56,832 nt of DNA from a virus (lineage: Duplodnaviria; Caudoviricetes): positions 1-56,832 of the IMG/VR virus record IMGVR_UViG_3300001533_002366, one strand, 5' to 3'. The notes beneath the pieces are model-generated. The model made no database searches, was not told the origin of the DNA, and was given only the letters and a program-made list of their open reading frames with translations. The translations under genes were made by a program, and so were the position numbers. Positions 1-9,076 of the stretch are shown here, in pieces (within the stretch, counting starts at the first letter, position 1; the number at the start of each line of letters is the position of its first letter).

Positions 1-45
1 AATAAAAAATAGTCCAGAAATCAGAAAGTATATAAAGGAGAAATA

Positions 46-555
46 ATGTGGTTAGAACCAAGAGAAATATCAGAATGGGCTTATTGGTATTGTAAAAACA
101 TGAAGGATGATCCAGAAGTAAGAAAACATATTACTGATTCGAAATGGGCTTATTGGTATTGTAAATTTGTAAAAGATGATCCAGAAGTTAGAAAATATAT
201 TAATAGATCAATGTATGCTTATTTGTATTGTAAACATATAAAAGATAATCCAGAAGTCAGCAAATATATTACTGATCCAGAATGGGCTTATCGTTATTGT
301 GCAATTATAAGAGATGACCCAAATGTAAGAAAACATATTACTGATTCACAATGGACATATTATTATTGTAAAGAAATGGGGAATGATTCAGAAGTCAGAA
401 AACAAATTACTAATTCATACTGGGCCTATCGTTATTGTAAAACCGTAAGAGATGATCCAGAAGTCAGAAAATATATTACTGATTCAATGTGGGCTTATTG
501 GTATTGTAGAGATGTAAAAGATGATCCAGAGGTGAGAAAATATATAAAGGAGTAA
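46..555 (+). CDS. 23-aa tandem-repeat protein (MWLEP leader + 7 repeats)
   Basis: 8-aa leader followed by 7 copies of SxWAYxYC[KR]x[IV][KR]DDPE[VI]RK[YHQ]ITD; AAGGAG RBS upstream. Confidence 0.9.
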   Translation: MWLEPREISEWAYWYCKNMKDDPEVRKHITDSKWAYWYCKFVKDDPEVRKYINRSMYAYLYCKHIKDNPEVSKYITDPEWAYRYCAIIRDDPNVRKHITDSQWTYYYCKEMGNDSEVRKQITNSYWAYRYCKTVRDDPEVRKYITDSMWAYWYCRDVKDDPEVRKYIKE

Positions 556-557
556 GA

Positions 558-929
558 ATGTGGTTAGAACCAAAAGAAATATCAAAGTGGGGATACTATT
601 ATTGTAGAGATGTAAAAGATGATCCAGAAGTCAGAAAACATATTACTGATTCATACTGGGCATATACTTATTGTACAGATGTAAAAGATGATCCAGAAGT
701 TAGAAAGTATATCACTGATTCACAATGGGCATATAATTATTGTAGATATATAAAAGATGATCCAGAAGTTAGAAAACTCATTGTTGATTCATCATGGGCT
801 TATTGGTATTGTAGGAAAGTAAGAAATGATCCAGAAATCAAAAAACAAATTACTGATTCATATTGGGCACATCATTATTGCAAAGATATAAAAGATGATC
901 CAGAAATCAGAAAATATATAAAGGGGTGA
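558..929 (+). CDS. 23-aa tandem-repeat protein (5 repeats)
   Basis: Same leader and repeat; 8+5x23=123 aa. Confidence 0.9.
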   Translation: MWLEPKEISKWGYYYCRDVKDDPEVRKHITDSYWAYTYCTDVKDDPEVRKYITDSQWAYNYCRYIKDDPEVRKLIVDSSWAYWYCRKVRNDPEIKKQITDSYWAHHYCKDIKDDPEIRKYIKG

Positions 930-959
930 AAATGTGGCTAGAACCAAAAGAAATGTCAA

Positions 960-1865
960 ATGTCAGAATGGGCTTATTATTATTGTAGAGGTGTAAAGGA
1001 TGATCCAGAAATTAGAAAACATATCACTGATTCAAAATGGGCTTATTGGTATTGTAAATTTATAAAAGATAATCCAGAAGTTAGAAAATATATTAATAGG
1101 TCAATGTATGCTTATTTGTATTGTAAACATATAAAAGATGATCCAGAAGTTAGAAAACACATTATTGATCCAGAATGGGCTTATCGTTACTGTGTAATTG
1201 TAAGAGATGATCCAGAAGTAAGAAAACATATTACTGATTCACAATGGACATATTATTATTGTAAAGAAATGGGGAATGATTTAGAAATCAGAAAACAAAT
1301 TACTAATTCATACTGGGCCTATCGTTATTGTAAAACCGTAAGAGATGATCCAGAAGTCAGAAAATATATTACTGATCCAGAGTGGGCACTTGATTATTGT
1401 AAAAATATAAAAGATGATCCAGAAGTTAGAAAATATATTACTAATTCAAATTGGGCTTATCATTATTGTAGAAATGTAAGAGACGACCCAGAAGTAAAAA
1501 AACATATTACTGATTCATACTCTACATATTTATATTGTAAAGATATAAGAGATGACCCAGAAATTAGAAAGTATATTACTGATTCATATTGGGCATATGC
1601 TTATTGTAAAGAGGTAAAAGATGATCCAGAAGTCAGAAAACAAATTACTAATTCATACTGGGCCTATCGTTATTGTAAAACCGTAAGAGATGATCCAGAA
1701 GTCAGAAAATATATTACTGATCCAGAATGGGCTTATTGGTATTGTAATGGTATAAAAGATGATCCAGAAATCAGAAAACAAATTACTGATTCACATTGGG
1801 CATATAATTATTGTAAAAATATAAAAGATGATCCAGAAATCAGAAAACATATAAAGGAGAAATAA
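960..1865 (+). CDS. 23-aa tandem-repeat protein (13 repeats); its MWLEP leader at 932 is out of frame
   Basis: 13 repeats; a 7-nt duplication AAATGTC at 951-964 separates the leader (ATG 932) from the repeats. Confidence 0.8.
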   Translation: MSEWAYYYCRGVKDDPEIRKHITDSKWAYWYCKFIKDNPEVRKYINRSMYAYLYCKHIKDDPEVRKHIIDPEWAYRYCVIVRDDPEVRKHITDSQWTYYYCKEMGNDLEIRKQITNSYWAYRYCKTVRDDPEVRKYITDPEWALDYCKNIKDDPEVRKYITNSNWAYHYCRNVRDDPEVKKHITDSYSTYLYCKDIRDDPEIRKYITDSYWAYAYCKEVKDDPEVRKQITNSYWAYRYCKTVRDDPEVRKYITDPEWAYWYCNGIKDDPEIRKQITDSHWAYNYCKNIKDDPEIRKHIKEK

Positions 1866-2236
1866 TGTGGTTAGAACCAAAAGAAATATCGGAGTGGGCA
1901 TACTATTATTGTAAAGAGATAAAAGATGACCCAAATGTAAGAAAACATATTACTAATTCATACTGGGCATATAATTATTGTAGAGAGATAAAAGATGATC
2001 CAGAAATCAGAAAACATATTACTGATTCATTATGGGCATATAATTATTGTAAATATGTAAAAGATGACCCAAAAATCAGAAAATATATTACTGATTCATA
2101 CTGGGCATATAATTATTGTAAAAATATAAGAGATGACCCAAAAATCAGAAAATATATTACTGATTCAAATTGGGCATATAATTATTGTAGATATATAAAA
2201 GATGACCCAAATGTCAGAAAATATATAAAGGAGTGA
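1865..2236 (+). CDS. 23-aa tandem-repeat protein (5 repeats)
   Basis: Same leader and repeat; TAATG overlap with the previous gene. Confidence 0.9.
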   Translation: MWLEPKEISEWAYYYCKEIKDDPNVRKHITNSYWAYNYCREIKDDPEIRKHITDSLWAYNYCKYVKDDPKIRKYITDSYWAYNYCKNIRDDPKIRKYITDSNWAYNYCRYIKDDPNVRKYIKE

Positions 2237-2781
2237 TAATGTGGTTAGAGTCAAAAGAAATATCAGAATGGACTTATCGTTATTGTAAATTTATAAAAGA
2301 TGACCCAGAAGTGAGAAAACATATTACTGATTCAAAGTGGGCTTATCGTTATTGTAGAGATGTAAAAGATGACCCAGAAATTAGAAAACAAATTACTAAT
2401 TCATACTGGGCTTATCGTTATTGTAAATTTATAAGAGATGACCCAAAAATCAGAAAATATATTATTGATTCAGAATATGCTTATTGGTATTGTCTAGATG
2501 TAAAAGATGATCCAAAAGTTAGAAGAAATATCACTAATTCAGAATGGGCATATTGGTATTGTAAAGATATAAGGAATGATTCAAAAGTTAGAAAACGTAT
2601 CACTAACTCAGAGTATGCACATTATTATTGTAGAAATATAAAAGATGATCCAGAAGTTAGAAAATACATTACTGATTCAGAATGGGCATATCATTATTGT
2701 GATCAAATAAAAAATGACCCGGAAATTAAAAAATATACTACTGGTACAGTGTGGTGGGTAGTATTGAATGATGAGAAATAA
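2233..2781 (+). CDS. 23-aa tandem-repeat protein (7 repeats, divergent C-terminal tail)
   Basis: MWLES leader (likely start 2239), 7 repeats, then a unique GTVWWVV tail. Confidence 0.85.
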   Translation: MIMWLESKEISEWTYRYCKFIKDDPEVRKHITDSKWAYRYCRDVKDDPEIRKQITNSYWAYRYCKFIRDDPKIRKYIIDSEYAYWYCLDVKDDPKVRRNITNSEWAYWYCKDIRNDSKVRKRITNSEYAHYYCRNIKDDPEVRKYITDSEWAYHYCDQIKNDPEIKKYTTGTVWWVVLNDEK

Positions 2782-2871
2782 TCCAGAAATTAGAAAATAT
2801 ATTAATGATAAAAAATTGTAGAGATATAGTACATAAGATATAAAAGGATTCAGGGAGGAACAAATAAAAAA

Positions 2872-5418
2872 ATGATACAACACATAATAAAAGACATAGA
2901 ATTTGTAGAATGTCCTTATTGTGAAAAAGGACCGAATAATAGATATAAACTACTACATTGGAAACATTTAAGAATTCATAATAAAACACTTGAAGATGTA
3001 ATTAGGGAGTTTCCCGATCTTCCAACAATAACCTTAGTTGAATCAGAAAAAAGAGAAAGAATTAGAGAACAGCCAAGAGAGGATAAAAAACAAAAAGAAT
3101 TCACAAATACAAAACGAGTTAATTGCTGTATCTGCGGTGGAGAATATGAAGTAAACATAAATATTTCTAATAAATATTTTGTTTGTCCTAGTTGCAAAGA
3201 GAAAGGACATAAAAGTCCAATATCTAAAAAAGTTTATGAAAAACAAAAAGAGGGAATGTTAAAAAAGTATGGTGTTTCTAATCCGAGTAATTTAAACCAA
3301 GTAGTAGAAAAAAGAAAACAGATAGTTGAAGAGAAAAAGAGAAATGATCCAAACTATTTTGACGAAATTCAAGAGAAGAGAGAAAAGACTATGTCTAATA
3401 AGTTTGGGGATAATTGGACAAAGAAAGTTAATGAAATATCTAAAGAGGAAATGTTAGAAAAATATGGAGTAGAACATGCACTTCAAAAAGATGAGTTTAA
3501 AGAAAAAGCTAAAGATACATATAAAGAAAGAACTGGATATGATAATGCTATGCATAACCCAGAAATTGTAGAGAAGATGAGGGAAAATAATATTAAGAAG
3601 TTTGGTGTCGACAATCCAATGAAGAGGGAAGATATAAAAGATAAAGTTGTTAAGACCAATGTAGAAAGATATGGAGTAAAATATCCTACACAATCTCAAG
3701 AAATTAAAGATAAATTAAAAGAAAAACAAACAAAAAGTTTTTTAAATAGATTAGATAAACTTCTCGATTTATATAAACTAGAAATTCTAGATAGTTATAA
3801 AGATGCGTATACTAAATATCAATTTAAATGTAAAGTTTGTGGTAATATATTTACTCAAAATTGGAATTCTATTCAACAAGGATATAAATGTCCTATTTGT
3901 TATCCAAGAATACAAGGAAAGAAATCTCATGGTCAAGAAGAGGTTGAAACATTTATATCTAATTTAGGAATAGAGTTTAAGAGTAATGAAAGAGAATTAA
4001 TACAACCACAAGAACTAGATATTTTGATACCAGAACATAGAATTGCAATAGAATATTGTGGTTTGTACTTTCATAACTATCATATATTACAAGAGACTAG
4101 ACCAAATATAAAAGACATTAAATTATATCATTATAATAAATGGAGAGATTGTAAAAACAAAGGGTATCAATTAATTACTATATTTGAAGATGAGTGGTTA
4201 TTCAAAAATAAAATTGTAAAAGAAAGGTTGAAATACTTACTAAAAATAAGTGATGCAACTAAAGTGAATGCTAGAGAATGTATAGTAGAAGAGATAGATC
4301 CAACTACTAAAAATGATTTTTTAGATGAATTTCATATCCAAGGAAAAGACTCTTCTAATATAAAACTTGGAGCATTTTTTAATGATGAATTGGTTTCTGT
4401 GATGACTTTTTCTCACGGAAGCAGATCTAAAGGAATAATTCAAATAGATGAAAGTGTATGGGAACTAAGTCGTTTTTGTACCAATTATAATTATAATGTT
4501 AGAGGAATATCTTCAAAATTATTAGAGTGTTTTAAAAGAAATTACAAATGGGAAGAAATATTTTCTTATGCAGATCTTAGATGGTCTAATGGTAATGTAT
4601 ATAGACAACTTGGATTTCAAACAAATGAGAAGTCATTATTAAATTACTGGTATATTGACGTAAATAAGATAAAAAGAATACATAGGTATGAATTAAGAAA
4701 GAGACCAGATGAACCAAAAGATATTACTGAAGTAGAATTAAGAATTAATGAGGGTTATCTTATTATATGGGATTGTGGAAATTTAAAGTTTGTGTTAAAT
4801 AATCCCACTATAGTTAAGAAAAGTAGAGAGGAGGAAAATAGTGAAGAAGATGTAAAAATTGAAATACCAAAGATTAAAAGACAATATCAAAAAGAAAATG
4901 TTCAAGAAAGGAGGAATAGAACTAGTACAAAAAGATATGGTGGAATTGGTTTTCAATCTAAAGAGTTAAGGGATAAAGCTAAAAGTTCTATGAAAGAAAA
5001 ATATGGTGATACCAATATTATGAAAACTAGTGAAGGAAAAGAAATTTTCAAGAAGTCTATGGTTGACAAATATGGTGTTGATAATCCAATGAAGATACCA
5101 GAGATAGGAAAAAGAGCATTAGAAAAATTAAAGGGACAGGAATCAAAATTAAAAAATAGAACTTATGAAGATATTCATGGAACAGAAAAAGCTGAAGATA
5201 TTAAGAAAAAGAAGAGTTATATTCTTCGAGAAAGATTCAAAGAGAAAGATATACCAAAGACATTAGATCCTCGTGGTTGGGAATTCTTGGATGATGAATA
5301 TTTTGGAAGGGAATTTGAACATAGATATAGATGCAAGAAATGTGGAACAGAGTTTAAATGTACATGGGAAGATATAAAACATGGATTTACTTGTCCTGGT
5401 TGTTTTCCAAGAATTTAA
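2872..5418 (+). CDS. Hef-like free-standing homing endonuclease with Zn ribbons, YGV-N repeats, a PD-(D/E)xK nuclease and a GNAT/Mom-like domain
   Basis: CxxC pairs; KYGVxNP repeats; ELDIL...AIEYCGLYFH; IFEDEW; ELSRFC...SKLL...SYADLRWS..G; WDCG. Confidence 0.75.
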   Translation: MIQHIIKDIEFVECPYCEKGPNNRYKLLHWKHLRIHNKTLEDVIREFPDLPTITLVESEKRERIREQPREDKKQKEFTNTKRVNCCICGGEYEVNINISNKYFVCPSCKEKGHKSPISKKVYEKQKEGMLKKYGVSNPSNLNQVVEKRKQIVEEKKRNDPNYFDEIQEKREKTMSNKFGDNWTKKVNEISKEEMLEKYGVEHALQKDEFKEKAKDTYKERTGYDNAMHNPEIVEKMRENNIKKFGVDNPMKREDIKDKVVKTNVERYGVKYPTQSQEIKDKLKEKQTKSFLNRLDKLLDLYKLEILDSYKDAYTKYQFKCKVCGNIFTQNWNSIQQGYKCPICYPRIQGKKSHGQEEVETFISNLGIEFKSNERELIQPQELDILIPEHRIAIEYCGLYFHNYHILQETRPNIKDIKLYHYNKWRDCKNKGYQLITIFEDEWLFKNKIVKERLKYLLKISDATKVNARECIVEEIDPTTKNDFLDEFHIQGKDSSNIKLGAFFNDELVSVMTFSHGSRSKGIIQIDESVWELSRFCTNYNYNVRGISSKLLECFKRNYKWEEIFSYADLRWSNGNVYRQLGFQTNEKSLLNYWYIDVNKIKRIHRYELRKRPDEPKDITEVELRINEGYLIIWDCGNLKFVLNNPTIVKKSREEENSEEDVKIEIPKIKRQYQKENVQERRNRTSTKRYGGIGFQSKELRDKAKSSMKEKYGDTNIMKTSEGKEIFKKSMVDKYGVDNPMKIPEIGKRALEKLKGQESKLKNRTYEDIHGTEKAEDIKKKKSYILRERFKEKDIPKTLDPRGWEFLDDEYFGREFEHRYRCKKCGTEFKCTWEDIKHGFTCPGCFPRI

Positions 5419-5424
5419 CAATGT

Positions 5425-5468
5425 AAAAAAATCCCTGAAGTCTCTTACGAGATCCAGGGATTTTTTTT
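5425..5468. terminator. Bidirectional intrinsic terminator
   Basis: A-run, ATCCCTG...CAGGGAT stem, T-run, between convergent genes. Confidence 0.75.
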
Positions 5469-5483
5469 GTTTAAAAGTTAATA

Positions 5484-6935
5484 TTAACCACCAATGGTCA
5501 ATGAAGCTATACCATTACTCCGAATCAAACTTGTCGCGTACCTACTCAGAATAGTTAAACTTGGCGTATATCCTAAAGGATATGGATGAAGTACCGCAGG
5601 GACATAAGGAGCATAAATATAGACAGCCTTAAGATCTTCTACAGGTTTGTATATAACTATCATCTCTCCCTCAGGAACAACAGCACTTGTAAGAACTCTC
5701 CATTTTCCACCAGCAACCGTTGCAGTTCTATAACCAAGATCACCGTCCATACTAGATGTTCCAGTATAATTGAATGTCTGTAAGTCTTCAAGTATAGAAA
5801 CATCAAGAGGATTAGCAAGAATAGTATTTCCACCATCCATGTTTGTGTCTTGATAAATCTGCGCAGATAACTGATTAAGAACAGGAGTAATATTCTCATG
5901 CCAATACTTAACGCCCCAAGTATATGCATCAGGTGGTGTCCTGTCAAAATTGGATGTATGAGTAGCAGCATTTAATCGAGTATTACCAGTCAGTAATGCA
6001 TTTACAATTTCCCTATCTATATCAAGAGCGATCTGCTGTCCAAGAAGATTTACAATCTCTGCTTGCATAGACAAATCAAATAAGGATCTCATATCCTGCT
6101 CCATATTAATGGACCATTTTGAAGAGATCTGACGATCTTTAGCATAAAGTCTTACCTTATCTACAGTAAGAGTTACTTGAGGATTAATTCTATTCTCTTC
6201 TAATGAACATGTCACTGTATATCTAATATAAGTGGCACCACCAGTAGCACTAGAAACAGCAACAGTACCTGCAAGATAATTTACTTGACCAGATATAACA
6301 TCCGCTACTCCACCAATATCTACACTTGAAGAAAAATGACCTTCTACAGCGGGTATAATAGATACATCTGTATAAGCTGTACCATCTGAAGAAACGCCAG
6401 TAATTTCGAAGTCTCTTTCAAGATGAGCTTGTTCAGATGTAATATCAGCAACCTCAAGTACATTATAAGCAGTACTTCCAATAGGCATAGTAGCTGTAAT
6501 GGGAGTACCAATACTTGGTCCACCAGAAATATCTGTTCCAGTAACAGGTGCAGTGTATTCAGTAGTACTATTTGCTGGACTAAAAGATGCCCGAATAAAA
6601 GCTTTTACTGTTTCTGGTTTGTCCATTGGAGCAACAGTTACTGCTTCTTTGGCTATTAGTTTGGGATAAAAATATCTTAAAATTGGAAGAGTTAGTGTTT
6701 CATATGGATTAATTTGAAACATAGAATTTTCCAAAAGATTTACCCTAGTATTTTCAGCCAATTGTACAAATACATTTCTAACCTTTTTATCTTCAATAGA
6801 CTCTGCAAGACCAGTAACATATGCCTCAAATGCAGTATCGTCCACGAGAACCGCTTTTAAATTTCCAGGTTTTCCAGGATCAATACCAGATACTTTTTTG
6901 GTAGTCCTATAAACCTCAGTTAGTAATTCCTTCAT
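5484..6935 (-). CDS. Major capsid protein (T4 gp23-like, HK97 fold)
   Basis: Motifs LPILR..YPKLIA, R...KWS.NMEQD, I.LDIDREI, YAPYVP, T..SRYA; lies downstream of the portal and protease genes; strong RBS. Confidence 0.9.
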   Translation of the reverse strand: MKELLTEVYRTTKKVSGIDPGKPGNLKAVLVDDTAFEAYVTGLAESIEDKKVRNVFVQLAENTRVNLLENSMFQINPYETLTLPILRYFYPKLIAKEAVTVAPMDKPETVKAFIRASFSPANSTTEYTAPVTGTDISGGPSIGTPITATMPIGSTAYNVLEVADITSEQAHLERDFEITGVSSDGTAYTDVSIIPAVEGHFSSSVDIGGVADVISGQVNYLAGTVAVSSATGGATYIRYTVTCSLEENRINPQVTLTVDKVRLYAKDRQISSKWSINMEQDMRSLFDLSMQAEIVNLLGQQIALDIDREIVNALLTGNTRLNAATHTSNFDRTPPDAYTWGVKYWHENITPVLNQLSAQIYQDTNMDGGNTILANPLDVSILEDLQTFNYTGTSSMDGDLGYRTATVAGGKWRVLTSAVVPEGEMIVIYKPVEDLKAVYIYAPYVPAVLHPYPLGYTPSLTILSRYATSLIRSNGIASLTIGG

Positions 6936-6988
6936 ATTTATTTTCCTCCTTGTTTATAAGATAACTAAACGAATAATATTTAATTTAC

Positions 6989-6998
6989 TATTTGTTCT
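6989..6998 (-). promoter_or_regulatory. Motif A (AGAACAAATA), putative phage late/middle promoter, upstream of the MCP gene
   Basis: Recurs in intergenic DNA oriented toward genes: 12937, 16118, 18931, 22230, 25042, 50965, 52948 (-); 25448, 25909, 39523 (+); variants at 2858, 9057, 29784, 43178, 47979, 56177. Confidence 0.75.
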
Positions 6999-7077
6999 TA
7001 GTAGTAAATAAGATTAGTAATAATAGAACAGTTCTATTAATAATGGGAACTGTTCTTCAAGGAAATTTTAAATTATA

Positions 7078-7488
7078 TTATGAAAATCTTTTGTTTATTA
7101 TTCTCATGGTTTCTTGGAGGTGAAAGTCCAATTTTTCATCATTTAAAGAATCTATTACTTTCAATAATATTAATGTTTCATTTTTTAATGAACCATCATA
7201 TAATAGACCAGAATTTAAAAGTTTTGCTATTCTAATTAACAACTTTTTAACTTTCTTTTCTCTTGTATAAACTTTAAAAAGTTCCTCTATTTTATTTTTA
7301 TTTTCAATAATTCTCTCTTTCTTCTTTTCTAATTCCCCTTTTAATTGCTTTAACTCAGAAGATTTTTCAGAATATATTTCATCGAACAAGGGATATACGT
7401 TTTGAATAATAGAATTTGCTAATTCCACCTTTGATAAATCAATATTAAATTCGTTAATTGCTGGAATGTTTGTTTCAACTATTTTCAT
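7078..7488 (-). CDS. Hypothetical coiled-coil protein (head module)
   Basis: ORF between protease and MCP; GGAGG RBS. Confidence 0.6.
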   Translation of the reverse strand: MKIVETNIPAINEFNIDLSKVELANSIIQNVYPLFDEIYSEKSSELKQLKGELEKKKERIIENKNKIEELFKVYTREKKVKKLLIRIAKLLNSGLLYDGSLKNETLILLKVIDSLNDEKLDFHLQETMRIINKRFS

Positions 7489-7490
7489 TT

Positions 7491-7790
7491 CTATCCCTCC
7501 AATGATTCTATTAATTTAACTTTCTCATCATTATTCTCTGAATGTAATATATTTACTCTTCTATTTATATCTTTATAAATTGTATTTGCTTGTTCTAATA
7601 ACTTATTCTGCTTATCAATTCTTTCTCTCTTATTTTTTAATTTATTTTCAATTTCTTTAGTCTGTTCTTTTAATTGAAAGTTCTTATCTGTTTTACATAT
7701 TAAGAATATTCTGTTTATAATATTAGACATTGACTCTGTTTGATTTGTCTTCTGTTCTAATATATTCTTCTCTGTACTATGTATTCTCAT
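7491..7790 (-). CDS. Hypothetical coiled-coil protein
   Basis: ORF co-oriented within the head module. Confidence 0.55.
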   Translation of the reverse strand: MRIHSTEKNILEQKTNQTESMSNIINRIFLICKTDKNFQLKEQTKEIENKLKNKRERIDKQNKLLEQANTIYKDINRRVNILHSENNDEKVKLIESLEG

Positions 7791-7814
7791 ATTTGAATTA
7801 TTCCTTACATTAAT

Positions 7815-8474
7815 TTAAACCCATTTATCAAAAAATTCTATTAATTTTGTTTCTACTAATTTGTCAAAATAATTTGGAAGATAACATCTACCATTTAAAC
7901 ATACTAAACCACTTTGTTCTGTCAAAACTCCAGATTCAAATTTCATTTCATTAAAATCAACCACTGCTGACTCATGAGAAGGAAATGATACACTATCATA
8001 GGATACAATAGTTAATGGACCTTTTACAGTATTATACTCATTACCACGTTCGAGTTCTGCTAATCCTCTCATTGAAAATCCAACTCCAGATTTATCTCTT
8101 AAGAGACCTAGAAGAATCTTCCCATTTGGGGTACTACTAGTTTCGATTTCACTTACCAAATGATTTCCTCGAAATTCATAATCTCTTATTATATGAGATA
8201 CATTTGCTAAAAGAACTGTAGTTTGTCTAATTACATCACATTTTTCCTCTCCAGTTGGAATTGGGTGATCTAATTCTCCAAGGAATGCTCTTCTTAACAT
8301 CCTTGATCTACAAGCTTCTATTCCCTCAGAAATTACACTTTTTGGATATAATCTATGATTTTGATTTACTTCATCAACTGTTTGAATTGCACAACGGAAA
8401 ATTGCTTTACCCGGATCATTTTTAATTATCTGGGCTTCTTGAAAAATTGGGCTTTCAATAATAAAAGAGCTCAT
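7815..8474 (-). CDS. Prohead core protease (T4 gp21-like)
   Basis: N.N.RLYP, LGELDHP, SH, TPNGKIL, GFSMRG, YD.V..PS motifs. Confidence 0.9.
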   Translation of the reverse strand: MSSFIIESPIFQEAQIIKNDPGKAIFRCAIQTVDEVNQNHRLYPKSVISEGIEACRSRMLRRAFLGELDHPIPTGEEKCDVIRQTTVLLANVSHIIRDYEFRGNHLVSEIETSSTPNGKILLGLLRDKSGVGFSMRGLAELERGNEYNTVKGPLTIVSYDSVSFPSHESAVVDFNEMKFESGVLTEQSGLVCLNGRCYLPNYFDKLVETKLIEFFDKWV

Positions 8475-8501
8475 TATACGTAATCTCCTTTTAAAAAAGT
8501 A

Positions 8502-9035
8502 TTATTTATTTTCTTTTTTTTCTTTATCTATATAATATTTAGAAACTACAGAATAGATTACATCTATAAATTTATAAAATAATACAATAATTGTTGTTAA
8601 TTTATCTTTGAATTTATCTAGATTCGAAGATATTAGTTCAAATAGTTCAATAGCTTGTAAAGTATAGTTTCTAACTTTTAATAAATTTATATTACTACTA
8701 TCCGCTAAATGTGACTCTATAGACACAAGTCTTGAGTAAATTTTCTTTAACTCATAGATTCTACCCAAAGTAGTTATATCAAAATCGTTCTTTTCTTCAC
8801 CGCCCATTCCATATCCCATTCCCCCCATTCCACCTGCTTCATCTCCCATTCCACCTGCTTCATCTCCCATTCCACCTGCTTCATCTCCCATTCCACCTGC
8901 TTCATCTCCCATTCCTTCTTCACCACCACCTCCTGTTTCATCCTCACTAGGAGGTGCATCTTCTTCTTGTTCCAACATTATAACCTTAAAAATAGAATCA
9001 AGTTGATTAATAATATTTTTTGTTTTTGTTGTCAT
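8502..9035 (-). CDS. Hypothetical protein with GMGDEAG repeats (possible head core protein)
   Basis: ORF between portal and protease; low-complexity acidic/Gly-rich region. Confidence 0.65.
   Translation of the reverse strand: MTTKTKNIINQLDSIFKVIMLEQEEDAPPSEDETGGGGEEGMGDEAGGMGDEAGGMGDEAGGMGDEAGGMGGMGYGMGGEEKNDFDITTLGRIYELKKIYSRLVSIESHLADSSNINLLKVRNYTLQAIELFELISSNLDKFKDKLTTIIVLFYKFIDVIYSVVSKYYIDKEKKENK
8824..8915. repeat. 21-bp tandem repeat, about 4.4 copies
   Basis: CCCATTCCACCTGCTTCATCT repeated exactly. Confidence 0.9.
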
Positions 9036-9076
9036 TATTTTTATCCTAGAAATTTATATTTTGTTCTATATTATAA

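Larger units (their letters stand above)
1..2830 (+). repeat. 69-bp coding tandem-repeat array spanning the paralogous genes
   Basis: Recurring tgggcttat...tattgtaaa...gatgatccagaag..agaaaa units; the tail of an upstream paralog is visible at 1-45 and a degenerate remnant at ~2780-2830. Confidence 0.95.

Noticed and set aside
46-2781. Diversity-generating retroelement as the source of repeat variation
   Set aside because: Many position-6 codons fit NNT, but TGG and TTG also occur and most adenines are invariant. No reverse transcriptase or non-coding template repeat is visible in the window; one outside it cannot be excluded.
1-2830. 69-bp periodic repeats as a CRISPR array
   Set aside because: The repeats are in-frame coding units with no unique spacers, and no cas genes are present in the window.
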